A stretch of DNA of 25,838 nucleotides. Origin: a virus. Lineage: Duplodnaviria > Caudoviricetes. Shown here in pieces: positions 17,527 to 25,290 of this stretch (position 1 is the stretch's first letter; every line of letters starts with the position of its first letter). A program made the position numbers and the translations under genes. The notes under the pieces are model-generated. The model searched no databases. It was given only the letters and a program-made list of their open reading frames with translations, and was not told the DNA's origin. The stretch spans positions 1-25,838 of the IMG/VR virus record IMGVR_UViG_3300020045_006224. One strand, written 5' to 3'.

Positions 17527-17775
17527 CTACGAGTTGTATTCAAACCACATATAAACATCGTCGTAAAATGGTATTAAAAACTCACCTCGCCCACAATCTT
17601 CATCATAAATTTCACTCCAATTGTATTCGTGATTAAAGCTTTGTTCTTCTACATCTTGTTTTTTGAATTTATTAGGGTCAATATCTCCATATTCCACAAC
17701 TCCAATCATTGCTACATAAGATAAATCTTCTCTCAAATAATCAAATGCTTCTGTAATTTTTTCTTGTATTGTCAT
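17527..17775 (-). CDS. Cassette 6 acidic hypothetical protein
   Basis: 82 aa; stop abuts the boundary. Confidence 0.7.
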   Translation of the reverse strand: MTIQEKITEAFDYLREDLSYVAMIGVVEYGDIDPNKFKKQDVEEQSFNHEYNWSEIYDEDCGRGEFLIPFYDDVYMWFEYNS

Positions 17776-17821
17776 TTCGTTTAGTTTTATAATTAATATT
17801 TGTTTTAAATTGCCGTCCTAC

Positions 17822-17901
17822 CACTAACAGCGGTTACATTTCAGTAACCGGAAGCGTGTTGGTGTATAGGCTGCCGAAATTGTAGCCGCATGGCGTTAGG
17901 A
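17822..17901 (+). repeat. attC-like site 6 (80 bp), close relative of site 1
   Basis: Shares TAACAGCGGTTACATTTCAG and ATAGGCTGCCGAAAYTGTAGCCGCA with site 1. Confidence 0.8.
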
Positions 17902-17907
17902 AACAGC

Positions 17908-18078
17908 TTATTTTTTATCCATTTCCTCAATTAAACCATTCTGCCATTCTAATAACTTATTTTTTTCTGAAATATTTACTTTTAGATCAAAAATTTCTTC
18001 TTCTTGCCGGATTACTTTTATGGCAAGGATTACGCATAAAATTAGTAATGCAAATATTGATATTATTAATGCAGCCAT
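17908..18078 (-). CDS. 56 aa N-terminal TM protein (not in ORF track)
   Basis: MAALIISIFALLILCVILAIKVIRQEEEIFDLK... Confidence 0.6.
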   Translation of the reverse strand: MAALIISIFALLILCVILAIKVIRQEEEIFDLKVNISEKNKLLEWQNGLIEEMDKK

Positions 18079-18079
18079 G

Positions 18080-18325
18080 TTATTGGGTTATTTTATTTAG
18101 TAGTTGTTCGATTTCAAAATAATGTTTAGAAACTTTTTCATCTATTATTTTTTTTAGTAGTTCAAACATTTCCGGTGCCGATGCGATTAGTTTTGCGTTG
18201 GCAATAGACTCAATGTCTTTATTATGAATGTCCTGTTCTGCAATACTACAAATAATTCCTCCTAACTCATAAAAAACATTTTCATTGTTTGTTTTCCACT
18301 TCCCTTTTGTTCCTTTAAATTCCAT
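18080..18325 (-). CDS. Conserved-type phage hypothetical protein
   Basis: TKGKW...ANAKLIASAPEMFELL motif common in small phage early proteins. Confidence 0.75.
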   Translation of the reverse strand: MEFKGTKGKWKTNNENVFYELGGIICSIAEQDIHNKDIESIANAKLIASAPEMFELLKKIIDEKVSKHYFEIEQLLNKITQ

Positions 18326-18327
18326 AA

Positions 18328-18510
18328 TTAATTACTTTTTACAATTGAATAATCTACCTCTATTTCTGACAATGGTTTATCGAAATTTACATCGCTTAAA
18401 CGCACTTTAAACGCGCAATTTTTAACCGTGCGTAATTCTTCGTTTAATCGTTTATTTTCGTTCTCTAACGCTTCGATTCGTTGCATTAGGAATTGGTTTT
18501 GTTCTTTCAT
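18328..18510 (-). CDS. Small coiled-coil protein
   Basis: 60 aa, tightly packed. Confidence 0.65.
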   Translation of the reverse strand: MKEQNQFLMQRIEALENENKRLNEELRTVKNCAFKVRLSDVNFDKPLSEIEVDYSIVKSN

Positions 18511-18677
18511 AATGTTTTTTTATAAATTTCTAAAAGTTCTTTTGTTGTTTTTGGTTCTTTATTATCAAAATGTCTTTTCATTACCCAATTTGAAAACCCA
18601 ATAGCGAAATTTTCTGCTATTTGTACACACAACATATATGACGATGTGGCTTCTTTATATTGCTCTTCCAATCCCAT
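18507..18677 (-). CDS. 56 aa hypothetical protein (not in ORF track)
   Basis: MGLEEQYKEATSSYMLCVQIAENFAIGFSNWV...; ATGA overlap. Confidence 0.6.
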   Translation of the reverse strand: MGLEEQYKEATSSYMLCVQIAENFAIGFSNWVMKRHFDNKEPKTTKELLEIYKKTL

Positions 18678-18679
18678 AA

Positions 18680-18757
18680 CTATCTAAATATTAAATTAAA
18701 AATAAAATAAACCCCGACAATTGCAAGGAATATTATTTGATGTTTTTGTTTTTTCAT
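18680..18757 (-). CDS. 25 aa hydrophobic peptide (not in ORF track)
   Basis: MKKQKHQIIFLAIVGVYFIFNLIFR; ATGA-coupled. Confidence 0.45.
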   Translation of the reverse strand: MKKQKHQIIFLAIVGVYFIFNLIFR

Positions 18758-18915
18758 TGTTTTATATTTTCTAAATCGTTAACAAATCCTTTTATAAACC
18801 TTAAAACAGTTTGGTATTTCTCAAGTTGATATTTAGCACATTTTTTATTATCAATAAGTTTTTGCACAACATCTAACTGAACTTTGCTTTTTGTCTTTAA
18901 CTCTTCTATTGTCAT
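18754..18915 (-). CDS. 53 aa hypothetical protein (not in ORF track)
   Basis: MTIEELKTKSKVQLDVVQKLIDNKK...; ATGA overlaps on both sides. Confidence 0.6.
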   Translation of the reverse strand: MTIEELKTKSKVQLDVVQKLIDNKKCAKYQLEKYQTVLRFIKGFVNDLENIKQ

Positions 18916-19067
18916 TTCTCTTTATTTTTTAAACGTTTGCGATATTCTTTTTTGATTGCTAATTTGCTAATAATCTTGCAATCTAATTCAGTAACTAATT
19001 CAAATTCATCGGGCGGAATTAGGAATACAATTCTCTTTTTGTGTTGTTCTTTTGGTAGTTTTTTCAT
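18912..19067 (-). CDS. 51 aa basic protein (not in ORF track)
   Basis: MKKLPKEQHKKRIVFLIPPDEFELVTELDCKIISKLAIKKEYRKRLKNKEK. Confidence 0.55.
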   Translation of the reverse strand: MKKLPKEQHKKRIVFLIPPDEFELVTELDCKIISKLAIKKEYRKRLKNKEK

Positions 19068-19072
19068 ATTAT

Positions 19073-19252
19073 TTAGTTTTTAGCATCATTCGATATTCCG
19101 GTAGCAATAAATGCAAATATAACTCCAAAAACACCTATAAAGCCCCTTGTAGATTCGCCCCATTCTTTTATATTGAAAGATGCCGATATAAAACAGCCTA
19201 ATAGATATGCTAATAAGCACATTGTAATAAATGTAATAATTTCTGTTCTCAT
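19073..19252 (-). CDS. 59 aa two-TM membrane protein (not in ORF track)
   Basis: MRTEIITFITMCLLAYLLGCFISASFNIKEW...; first gene after the leftward promoter. Confidence 0.6.
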   Translation of the reverse strand: MRTEIITFITMCLLAYLLGCFISASFNIKEWGESTRGFIGVFGVIFAFIATGISNDAKN

Positions 19253-19277
19253 AATTATAAGTTTTAATTTGTTTCAA

Positions 19278-19381
19278 CAAAGATATACATTAATTGCAAT
19301 TATACAAACTATTAATGCAATTTATACACATTCTAAATTACAACATAAGTTGCATTTATTCAATTAATAGTTATATATTTG
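19278..19381. promoter_or_regulatory. Divergent promoter region
   Basis: TATCTTTG on the minus strand (19278-19285) and TATATTTG on the plus strand (19374-19381), with palindromes between. Confidence 0.7.
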
Positions 19382-19402
19382 CTGAACTAAAATATAGAAA
19401 TT

Positions 19403-19639
19403 ATGAGCCTAGACACTTATAACGAGCACAATCCTATTAATCCAATTAATCAGGAAGAACTTCCAAAACAAACCGAACTACAAGAACAGCAAGATTGGAA
19501 TCAAGATTTATTAAAAAAAATCCAGTCACAAAAATCGGATTTGATTAAATTAAAAGAAATTGAAGAGTCTTTTAAAACTTTTGGATTTTTGAGTTATGAA
19601 GAAACTACAGAAAAAAATAACATTTTAAATAAATATTGA
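19403..19639 (+). CDS. Hypothetical protein
   Basis: 78 aa, first gene of the rightward operon. Confidence 0.65.
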   Translation: MSLDTYNEHNPINPINQEELPKQTELQEQQDWNQDLLKKIQSQKSDLIKLKEIEESFKTFGFLSYEETTEKNNILNKY

Positions 19640-19641
19640 TT

Positions 19642-19809
19642 ATGACATTAACAACAAGATTTTCAGCAAGTGGATTTTTAGAAATAAAAGTTGACGAAAT
19701 AGAAACTACTATTTTTAAAAAATCGGATTCAGAAATAGATAATTTTATCTTTAATTTAGAATCTGTAATAGAAGATTTGAAAGTTTTAAAACAATTAAAT
19801 AAAAATTAG
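19642..19809 (+). CDS. 55 aa hypothetical protein (not in ORF track)
   Basis: MTLTTRFSASGFLEIKVDEIETTIFKKS...; fills the gap. Confidence 0.6.
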   Translation: MTLTTRFSASGFLEIKVDEIETTIFKKSDSEIDNFIFNLESVIEDLKVLKQLNKN

Positions 19810-19814
19810 AAATT

Positions 19815-20333
19815 ATGGATTTATCAAAAACAATTATCCCAAAATCAGACCAATTAAATGCTGATGATTTAATATCAGGGTCAAAAACAATTAAAATTCG
19901 AGATATAAAAGGCGGTTCAGATGATGCGCAACCAGTGTCTATTTATTTTTATGGAGACAACAACAAGCCGTTTAAGCCATGCAAATCTATGCGTAGGGTT
20001 TTAGTTCAATTATGGGGCGCGGATGGATTGCAATTTATTGGAAAACGAATGACTTTATTTCGTGATGATACTGTAAAATGGGCGGGTGTTGATGTTGGCG
20101 GCATTAGAATTAGCCACGTTTCACACATTCCGACATCGACACGTGTTTTGGTTACGGCCGCAAAAAACAAACGTATTCCGATGACTATTGAAGTTTTACC
20201 GTTGGTAGAATTAAAAGATTTGGCAGGTGCAAAAAAAGCAATTACGGATAAAAAAGCTACTATTGAAGCAATTTTAGAAAAATATGATTTGACAGAGGAA
20301 CAACTAAAAGTTTTGCAAGATGAAACAGTTTAA
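19815..20333 (+). CDS. Putative ssDNA-binding/annealing protein
   Basis: SDQLNADDL...GGIRISH protein directly upstream of an exonuclease; function inferred from context. Confidence 0.5.
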   Translation: MDLSKTIIPKSDQLNADDLISGSKTIKIRDIKGGSDDAQPVSIYFYGDNNKPFKPCKSMRRVLVQLWGADGLQFIGKRMTLFRDDTVKWAGVDVGGIRISHVSHIPTSTRVLVTAAKNKRIPMTIEVLPLVELKDLAGAKKAITDKKATIEAILEKYDLTEEQLKVLQDETV

Positions 20334-21165
20334 ATGTAGGGCTTCAAAGATTGGCATATTAATGACTAATCATTCAGGGAAATCATATAAAGAACAATAC
20401 GAAGATGCTTTATTAAAAAAAGAATCTTTAAATAAAAGACTGTTAGAATTCAAAAACAAAGAATGTAAAACAGCAATACAAATTGTTAATGAAAAACTGC
20501 CTGAAACTAATAAAGAAATAGAAAGATTAAAGCCGTTACTTGATGAAATAATATTAAGTGAAACTGCAAAATCTTACTGTAAAGAATGGCTTATTTCTCA
20601 ATTTACAGGAAAGCAAAAAAATATAAGGTCAAAATATCTTTCACGTGGCAACGCATTAGAGGGCAAGGCAATTGAAAGAGTGTCTAAACATTACGGTTGT
20701 GAATTAATTAAAAATGAAATTGAATTAGAAAACGAATATTTTACAGGAACTTTCGATACTAATACAATTGATATGGTTATAGATACAAAAGTACCTTTTG
20801 ATTGCTTTACTTTTCCATATTTCGTAACTGAACCAGATAAAGACTATTACGGTCAATTACAAGGATACATGAACTTGACAAATTTAAAAAAAGCAAGTCT
20901 TTTTTATTGTTTGGAAAATGGAAGCGAGGAACAAATAGAGAAATTATCTTGGCAAATAGCTAAAGATTTAGGCAAAGACGAACCAGATATGACAGAATGG
21001 GATTTGGCAGAAGCTGAATTGAGTTACGACCATTTGCCAGACAATTTAAGAATAAAAGTTTTTGAGTTTGAATATGATGAACCGTTTATTGAAATGGCAA
21101 AAAAAATGGTTTTAGCTTGTAGAAAATACATTGAAACAGAATTATTAACACAAATAAATTTATAA
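20320..21165 (+). CDS. Lambda-exonuclease/YqaJ-like PD-(D/E)xK nuclease
   Basis: RASKIG, RGNALE, GTFD, IDTK, YYGQLQGYM motifs. Confidence 0.8.
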   Translation: MKQFKCRASKIGILMTNHSGKSYKEQYEDALLKKESLNKRLLEFKNKECKTAIQIVNEKLPETNKEIERLKPLLDEIILSETAKSYCKEWLISQFTGKQKNIRSKYLSRGNALEGKAIERVSKHYGCELIKNEIELENEYFTGTFDTNTIDMVIDTKVPFDCFTFPYFVTEPDKDYYGQLQGYMNLTNLKKASLFYCLENGSEEQIEKLSWQIAKDLGKDEPDMTEWDLAEAELSYDHLPDNLRIKVFEFEYDEPFIEMAKKMVLACRKYIETELLTQINL

Positions 21166-21166
21166 A

Positions 21167-21463
21167 ATGAGCAAATTACTTTATGGAAGCTTAGACTTCT
21201 CAAAATTATTAGAACTTGCAAAAGCAGGAAACAAAGCATTTTCAAAAGCCAGTAACGGTAAAATTTATCTAAATCTTAATGTTTGGATAAACGATGAAAA
21301 AGACAATTACGGGAATGATGCCAGTATTCAAACTACATTTAAAGATTCAACAAAAGAAGAAAAAATCTATTTTGGAAATCTTAAAATAAGCGAACAAAAA
21401 CCGCCTGAACCGTTACAGGAAAATAGTGTAGAAATCCCAGAGGAAACGGATTTGCCTCTTTAA
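21167..21463 (+). CDS. SSB-like protein
   Basis: Short beta-rich protein with acidic tail ending EETDLPL, in the recombination module. Confidence 0.65.
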   Translation: MSKLLYGSLDFSKLLELAKAGNKAFSKASNGKIYLNLNVWINDEKDNYGNDASIQTTFKDSTKEEKIYFGNLKISEQKPPEPLQENSVEIPEETDLPL

Positions 21464-21470
21464 AACACAC

Positions 21471-21502
21471 AAAAACCCATTTTGAAAGATTTGGGTTTTT
21501 TT
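21471..21502 (+). terminator. Intrinsic terminator
   Basis: AAAAACCCA...TGGGTTTTTTT. Confidence 0.7.
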
Positions 21503-21527
21503 ATTTAATGAAATAGCGATAGATACT

Positions 21528-21599
21528 ATTTATAATAAATATAAATTAAGCATATTTAAACACATTTTGTGTTTGGTATGCTTTTTTATATTATCTTTG
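21528..21599 (+). promoter_or_regulatory. Promoter with upstream inverted repeats
   Basis: -7 TATCTTTG 21592-21599; TTTG upstream; inverted repeat AAGCATA..AAACACA/TGTGTTT..TATGCTT. Confidence 0.6.
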
Positions 21600-21632
21600 A
21601 ATATTGAAAATCACTAAAAAAATATAGAAATT

Positions 21633-21956
21633 ATGGAAAATTTAACTAGAATTACATTAGAATTAGGTATCAATGCACAAAAGATAGTGCAACAAGTTCA
21701 GATTCACAATAAAAACATAGAATCTGAAATAACAAAAGGTATTGAAATGGCATTAGAGGAAATGATGACTGCTGACAACTTTGTAGATATGATTAAGGAA
21801 TCTACTAAAAAAGAAATTGAAAACATTGCTAAAAATGCACTTGTAAGTTGGGAATTAAAAAACAAAATACAACAATTAGTAAATGAAAAAGTAGGCAAAA
21901 AGCTTGAAGAGTATGCTGATAAAATTGCTGATAAAATAACAGAATCTTTGAAATAA
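21633..21956 (+). CDS. Helical hypothetical protein
   Basis: 107 aa. Confidence 0.65.
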   Translation: MENLTRITLELGINAQKIVQQVQIHNKNIESEITKGIEMALEEMMTADNFVDMIKESTKKEIENIAKNALVSWELKNKIQQLVNEKVGKKLEEYADKIADKITESLK

Positions 21957-21957
21957 A

Positions 21958-22164
21958 ATGACAAAACAACAAACTATCCGCAATCTAATACAACTATCAG
22001 GTTGCGGAACTATCAAAGAATTTGCACAACGTCACGAAATACCATACCAGCGAGTTAGTGAATGGCAAAGAGGAGTGAGAAACATTTGCAACGAAAAATT
22101 ACAAGAAATAGCAAACAAAGAAGGGTATTTATTAACAATTGAATTTAAATTAGAAAAATTATGA
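21958..22164 (+). CDS. Cro/XRE-type HTH regulator
   Basis: TIKEFAQRHEIPYQRVSEWQRGVRN. Confidence 0.8.
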   Translation: MTKQQTIRNLIQLSGCGTIKEFAQRHEIPYQRVSEWQRGVRNICNEKLQEIANKEGYLLTIEFKLEKL

Positions 22165-22640
22165 AACTGGAATTAAAACATTTAGCGGGGTATTTGCCTT
22201 ATGGGTTGACAGGAATTTATAACGGAAGGCAAACTGAAATAGAATTTATATCAAAAAATGGATTGTTAACTAATGACAGTTTTCAGCATCATCTTGATTT
22301 TTCAGAATTTAAACCAATTCTTCGCCCACTTTCAGACCTTACAAAAGAGATTGAAGTAAATGGAGAAAAGTTTGTGCCTATTACAGAATTGTTAAAAATA
22401 AAATACAAATCATTTTATGAGGAAAAATTAAGTACTCGATATTCAGAAATAGATTTAAACAATTACCATAATTACGCTGAATCATTTTTTAAATATCATT
22501 CTCCTTTTTCAATTAAAGTTTGGTATAATTCATTGAAAGAAGAACCTTATTGGGTTATTGAAAAACTATACGAATGGCACTTCGACATTCACAACCTAAT
22601 AGAAAATAATTTAGCAATCGATAAAAACACAATATTATGA
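22161..22640 (+). CDS. Phage hypothetical protein
   Basis: YLPYGL...KPILRPLSDL...WHFDI; ATGA overlaps. Confidence 0.7.
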   Translation: MKLELKHLAGYLPYGLTGIYNGRQTEIEFISKNGLLTNDSFQHHLDFSEFKPILRPLSDLTKEIEVNGEKFVPITELLKIKYKSFYEEKLSTRYSEIDLNNYHNYAESFFKYHSPFSIKVWYNSLKEEPYWVIEKLYEWHFDIHNLIENNLAIDKNTIL

Positions 22641-23143
22641 AAAATCAAAACACAATATTATTACTAATTGTAATTCTAGCATTAATTTGCGGGGTTGCAA
22701 ATGCTCAATCAAATTTTAGATTGAATCGTGTAGATAGTTTTAACTTTGCAGTAGTCGTAGATCCAAGCGCGTCAATTAAAGAATCAAGCTTGCAAATAGG
22801 TGCCGAAATAGAATACGTGGGACTTGTGTACACTAGAGCATCCATAACATCATTTTCAGATTTAGAAGGTGGCTATGTAGATTTTATTGGTGCAGCTGGT
22901 TTGAACTTTACTTCCGGAATGTGGGAACAAATTAGATATTATGCCGGGTTAAGAGCCGGGATTATTTCGAGGGGTGGTAATGGATATCCAACGTTAGGCA
23001 CTGAAATAGGAATTGATTATGTAATTGGTTCGTTGGTATTAGGCGTTAGAATGACACGCGATAAAAGAGGAGATTTTTCTTTTTATAATGAACCTAGCGA
23101 AATGCGAAATAGTGGATTTGTTAAAATTGGGGTGAAGTTATGA
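22637..23143 (+). CDS. Putative small outer-membrane beta-barrel protein
   Basis: Signal peptide ending ANA-Q, alternating hydrophobic strands, C-terminal FVKIGVKL. Confidence 0.6.
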   Translation: MKNQNTILLLIVILALICGVANAQSNFRLNRVDSFNFAVVVDPSASIKESSLQIGAEIEYVGLVYTRASITSFSDLEGGYVDFIGAAGLNFTSGMWEQIRYYAGLRAGIISRGGNGYPTLGTEIGIDYVIGSLVLGVRMTRDKRGDFSFYNEPSEMRNSGFVKIGVKL

Positions 23144-23406
23144 AACGAATTTCGCAAATTGCAAAAGAATGTAAATTGACTTACGAAAAAACATACCGTA
23201 CAATGGTGGTTAACAAAATAATTCCAACAAATATAAACGGATTTTGTTTTTTAGATACATATCAAGAAGAACTTTTACACTATTGCCTTTATCGAATTGG
23301 AGTTTTAGAAGAAGTTGTTTTTGAAAGTAAAATTAATCATATTGAGACAAAAGAGGAAAAACAGGAAGCGTTTAGAAAATTTAAAAAAGAAACTTATGGA
23401 AAATAA
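23140..23406 (+). CDS. Possible HTH DNA-binding protein
   Basis: N-terminal ISQIAKECKLTYEKTYR. Confidence 0.5.
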   Translation: MKRISQIAKECKLTYEKTYRTMVVNKIIPTNINGFCFLDTYQEELLHYCLYRIGVLEEVVFESKINHIETKEEKQEAFRKFKKETYGK

Positions 23407-24142
23407 TAAAAAAACAATAGCAGTTTGGTTTAGTTGCGGTGTTGCTTCGGCAATTGCATTAAAAAAAACAGTTGAAATTTATGGAAATACGCATAACATT
23501 TTAGCCGTGAATAACCCAGTAAAAGAAGAGCATCCAGATAATATACGTTTCAAAAATGATATTTCTAAATGGGTAGGTATTGAAATAATAGAAGCAAAGT
23601 GCTTAGAATTTCCTAATGCTTCAATAGTTGAGGTTTTTGATAAAAGAAAATATGTTTCTGGAGTTGCTGGCGCACCATGCACAAAGTTTTTAAAAAAACA
23701 AGCCCGTTATGAATTTGAAAAAAATAATAAAATTGATTTTCACGTTTTAGGATTTACTTTGGAAGAACAAAATAGATACGATAGATTTATAAAATTTGAA
23801 AGAGGAAATGTTATAGGTGTTTTAATTGATGAAAAATTAACTAAAATAGATTGTTTTAATATTTTGTCAGATTCCGGAATAAAAAGACCGTTAATTTATG
23901 AATTAGGATTTCCAAATGCAAACTGTATAGGATGTGTCAAAAGCCAGTCGCCAACTTATTGGAATTTAGTTCGTAAAACATTCCCAGACGTATTTGAACA
24001 ACGTTCTGAACAAAGTAAACGTATTGGATGTAAATTGGTAAAAGTAAAAGGAAAAAGAATTTTTTTGGATGAATTGAAGCCAACAGATAAAGGAGGTAAG
24101 ATTAAAAGTTACGATTGTGGTATTTTCTGTGAAACTAAATAA
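23396..24142 (+). CDS. PAPS-reductase-like / adenine nucleotide alpha-hydrolase family protein
   Basis: WFSCGVASA PP-loop-like motif, APCTKFLK, NCIGCVK, CGIFCE; start re-called at ATG 23396. Confidence 0.75.
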   Translation: MENNKKTIAVWFSCGVASAIALKKTVEIYGNTHNILAVNNPVKEEHPDNIRFKNDISKWVGIEIIEAKCLEFPNASIVEVFDKRKYVSGVAGAPCTKFLKKQARYEFEKNNKIDFHVLGFTLEEQNRYDRFIKFERGNVIGVLIDEKLTKIDCFNILSDSGIKRPLIYELGFPNANCIGCVKSQSPTYWNLVRKTFPDVFEQRSEQSKRIGCKLVKVKGKRIFLDELKPTDKGGKIKSYDCGIFCETK

Positions 24143-24209
24143 TATTAACCATGACCCTCAAAAAAACAGGATTACCAATAAAACCGCAAACAATTTAAAA
24201 ATATAAATT

Positions 24210-24611
24210 ATGATAACAATTGAACACACACAGAGAATTGCCAAAATTTTAAGAGACGGAAAACATATAAAATCTTTTCCTTTATCGGTGGTACATTGTT
24301 TAGAAGGAATTACAGGAAAAATTTGTGACGAATTTGAAAAAGGATTACGATTACAGGACAAATATATTAAGTTAACAAAAAAATTAATATTTCCAATTTT
24401 ATTGCAAGACTTTTATTGTGAACTTAAAAAAGAAGAGCCTTATGTTTTTGAACTTACAAAAGGGATTGAAGCCGTTGGATGTCGTGAAGTTATTTTACGT
24501 GATGGAAATAGATTTGAATTATTATTAGAAAATGGAGTTAAGATAAAAATAAGCGAATTGATTTTTAAGTTTGCTATCGAAGTTTTTCCAACCGTACATT
24601 CAAATTATTAA
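24210..24611 (+). CDS. Hypothetical protein
   Basis: 133 aa. Confidence 0.65.
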   Translation: MITIEHTQRIAKILRDGKHIKSFPLSVVHCLEGITGKICDEFEKGLRLQDKYIKLTKKLIFPILLQDFYCELKKEEPYVFELTKGIEAVGCREVILRDGNRFELLLENGVKIKISELIFKFAIEVFPTVHSNY

Positions 24612-24823
24612 TGAAAGTGCACTGCACCGATTGCGCATATTTCAAAGATGGAGCGTGCGCTAAAAACTCAAAGAACGGATATTTTAACTGTAAAAAATTC
24701 AAGGCTATTTCTATTGATGTTTTGACAAAAGAATATAAATTGTTATTAGTGTCGAAAACAAATCCAGAAAGATTGCAGGAATTGAAAAGTAAGTTAGAAA
24801 ATATTAATGGGGGAATGATATGA
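24611..24823 (+). CDS. Small Cys-rich protein
   Basis: CTDC...C...C at the N-terminus. Confidence 0.6.
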   Translation: MKVHCTDCAYFKDGACAKNSKNGYFNCKKFKAISIDVLTKEYKLLLVSKTNPERLQELKSKLENINGGMI

Positions 24824-25158
24824 GCAAATTAAAAAACGGAATAGAACTCACAATTCAACTACAAGTATTATGTGAATTTATCGACCAATATCCGATAAAA
24901 CGCGAAATAAAACAAGCTGCAAACGCATTAAGAAAAGCATCCGAAAAAGACTTGAGTCAGGAATACAACAAAATCTACAAATTAGAGCCTGAAATGAGTA
25001 TAAACATTTGTCAAAAAACTGCTGAATTAGCCGATACAATTGGCAAGATGGATATATCTGAATTGGTTTTGTTTTCAGATTTTGCAAAACGATTCTACGA
25101 CAATAAAGAGATTGTTAAAGAAAAAGGAATGAGTTTTTTTAATAAGATATTGTTGTAG
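24820..25158 (+). CDS. Hypothetical protein
   Basis: 112 aa; ATGA overlap. Confidence 0.65.
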   Translation: MSKLKNGIELTIQLQVLCEFIDQYPIKREIKQAANALRKASEKDLSQEYNKIYKLEPEMSINICQKTAELADTIGKMDISELVLFSDFAKRFYDNKEIVKEKGMSFFNKILL

Positions 25159-25174
25159 ATTGGAATAAAATGAT

Positions 25175-25182
25175 TATATTTG
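25175..25182 (+). promoter_or_regulatory. -7 promoter element
   Basis: TATATTTG. Confidence 0.6.
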
Positions 25183-25184
25183 CG

Positions 25185-25279
25185 TAGTAATGACGTGGAA
25201 AGCATTATTAAACCGAAAACATTATAAAAATCCTATCAAGGAGGCACTTTCCACAATACTGCCAAATTGATGGGATTTT
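25185..25279 (+). ncRNA. Structured leader RNA with candidate kissing loop
   Basis: Two hairpins whose loops (GTGGAAA 25195-25201, TTTCCAC 25248-25254) are complementary. Confidence 0.55.
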
Positions 25280-25290
25280 ACTTTTGTATT

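Larger units (their letters stand above)
15513..17901. mobile_element. Integron-like gene cassette array (6 cassettes, no integrase in window)
   Basis: Six AACA...hairpin...CGTT sites; the two ends of each cassette are reverse-complementary. Confidence 0.8.

Noticed and set aside
15605-17636. Plus-strand ORFs in the cassette array (15605, 16759, 17409)
   Set aside because: Antisense to better-supported minus-strand genes whose stops align with cassette boundaries
15793-17901. CRISPR array
   Set aside because: Repeats are long, divergent hairpins, the intervals are whole genes of variable length, and there are no cas genes
15793-17901. Simple terminators between genes
   Set aside because: No consistent U-tracts, and terminators would not explain the end-to-end complementarity of each cassette; an added RNA-level role is not excluded
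19086-19367. ORFs 19086..19280 (-) and 19173..19367 (+)
   Set aside because: Non-ATG starts and overlap with the promoter region; 19073..19252 (-) fits the operon better
21024-25087. Minus-strand ORFs (21024, 21704, 23479, 24158, 24878)
   Set aside because: Antisense to the tightly packed rightward operon
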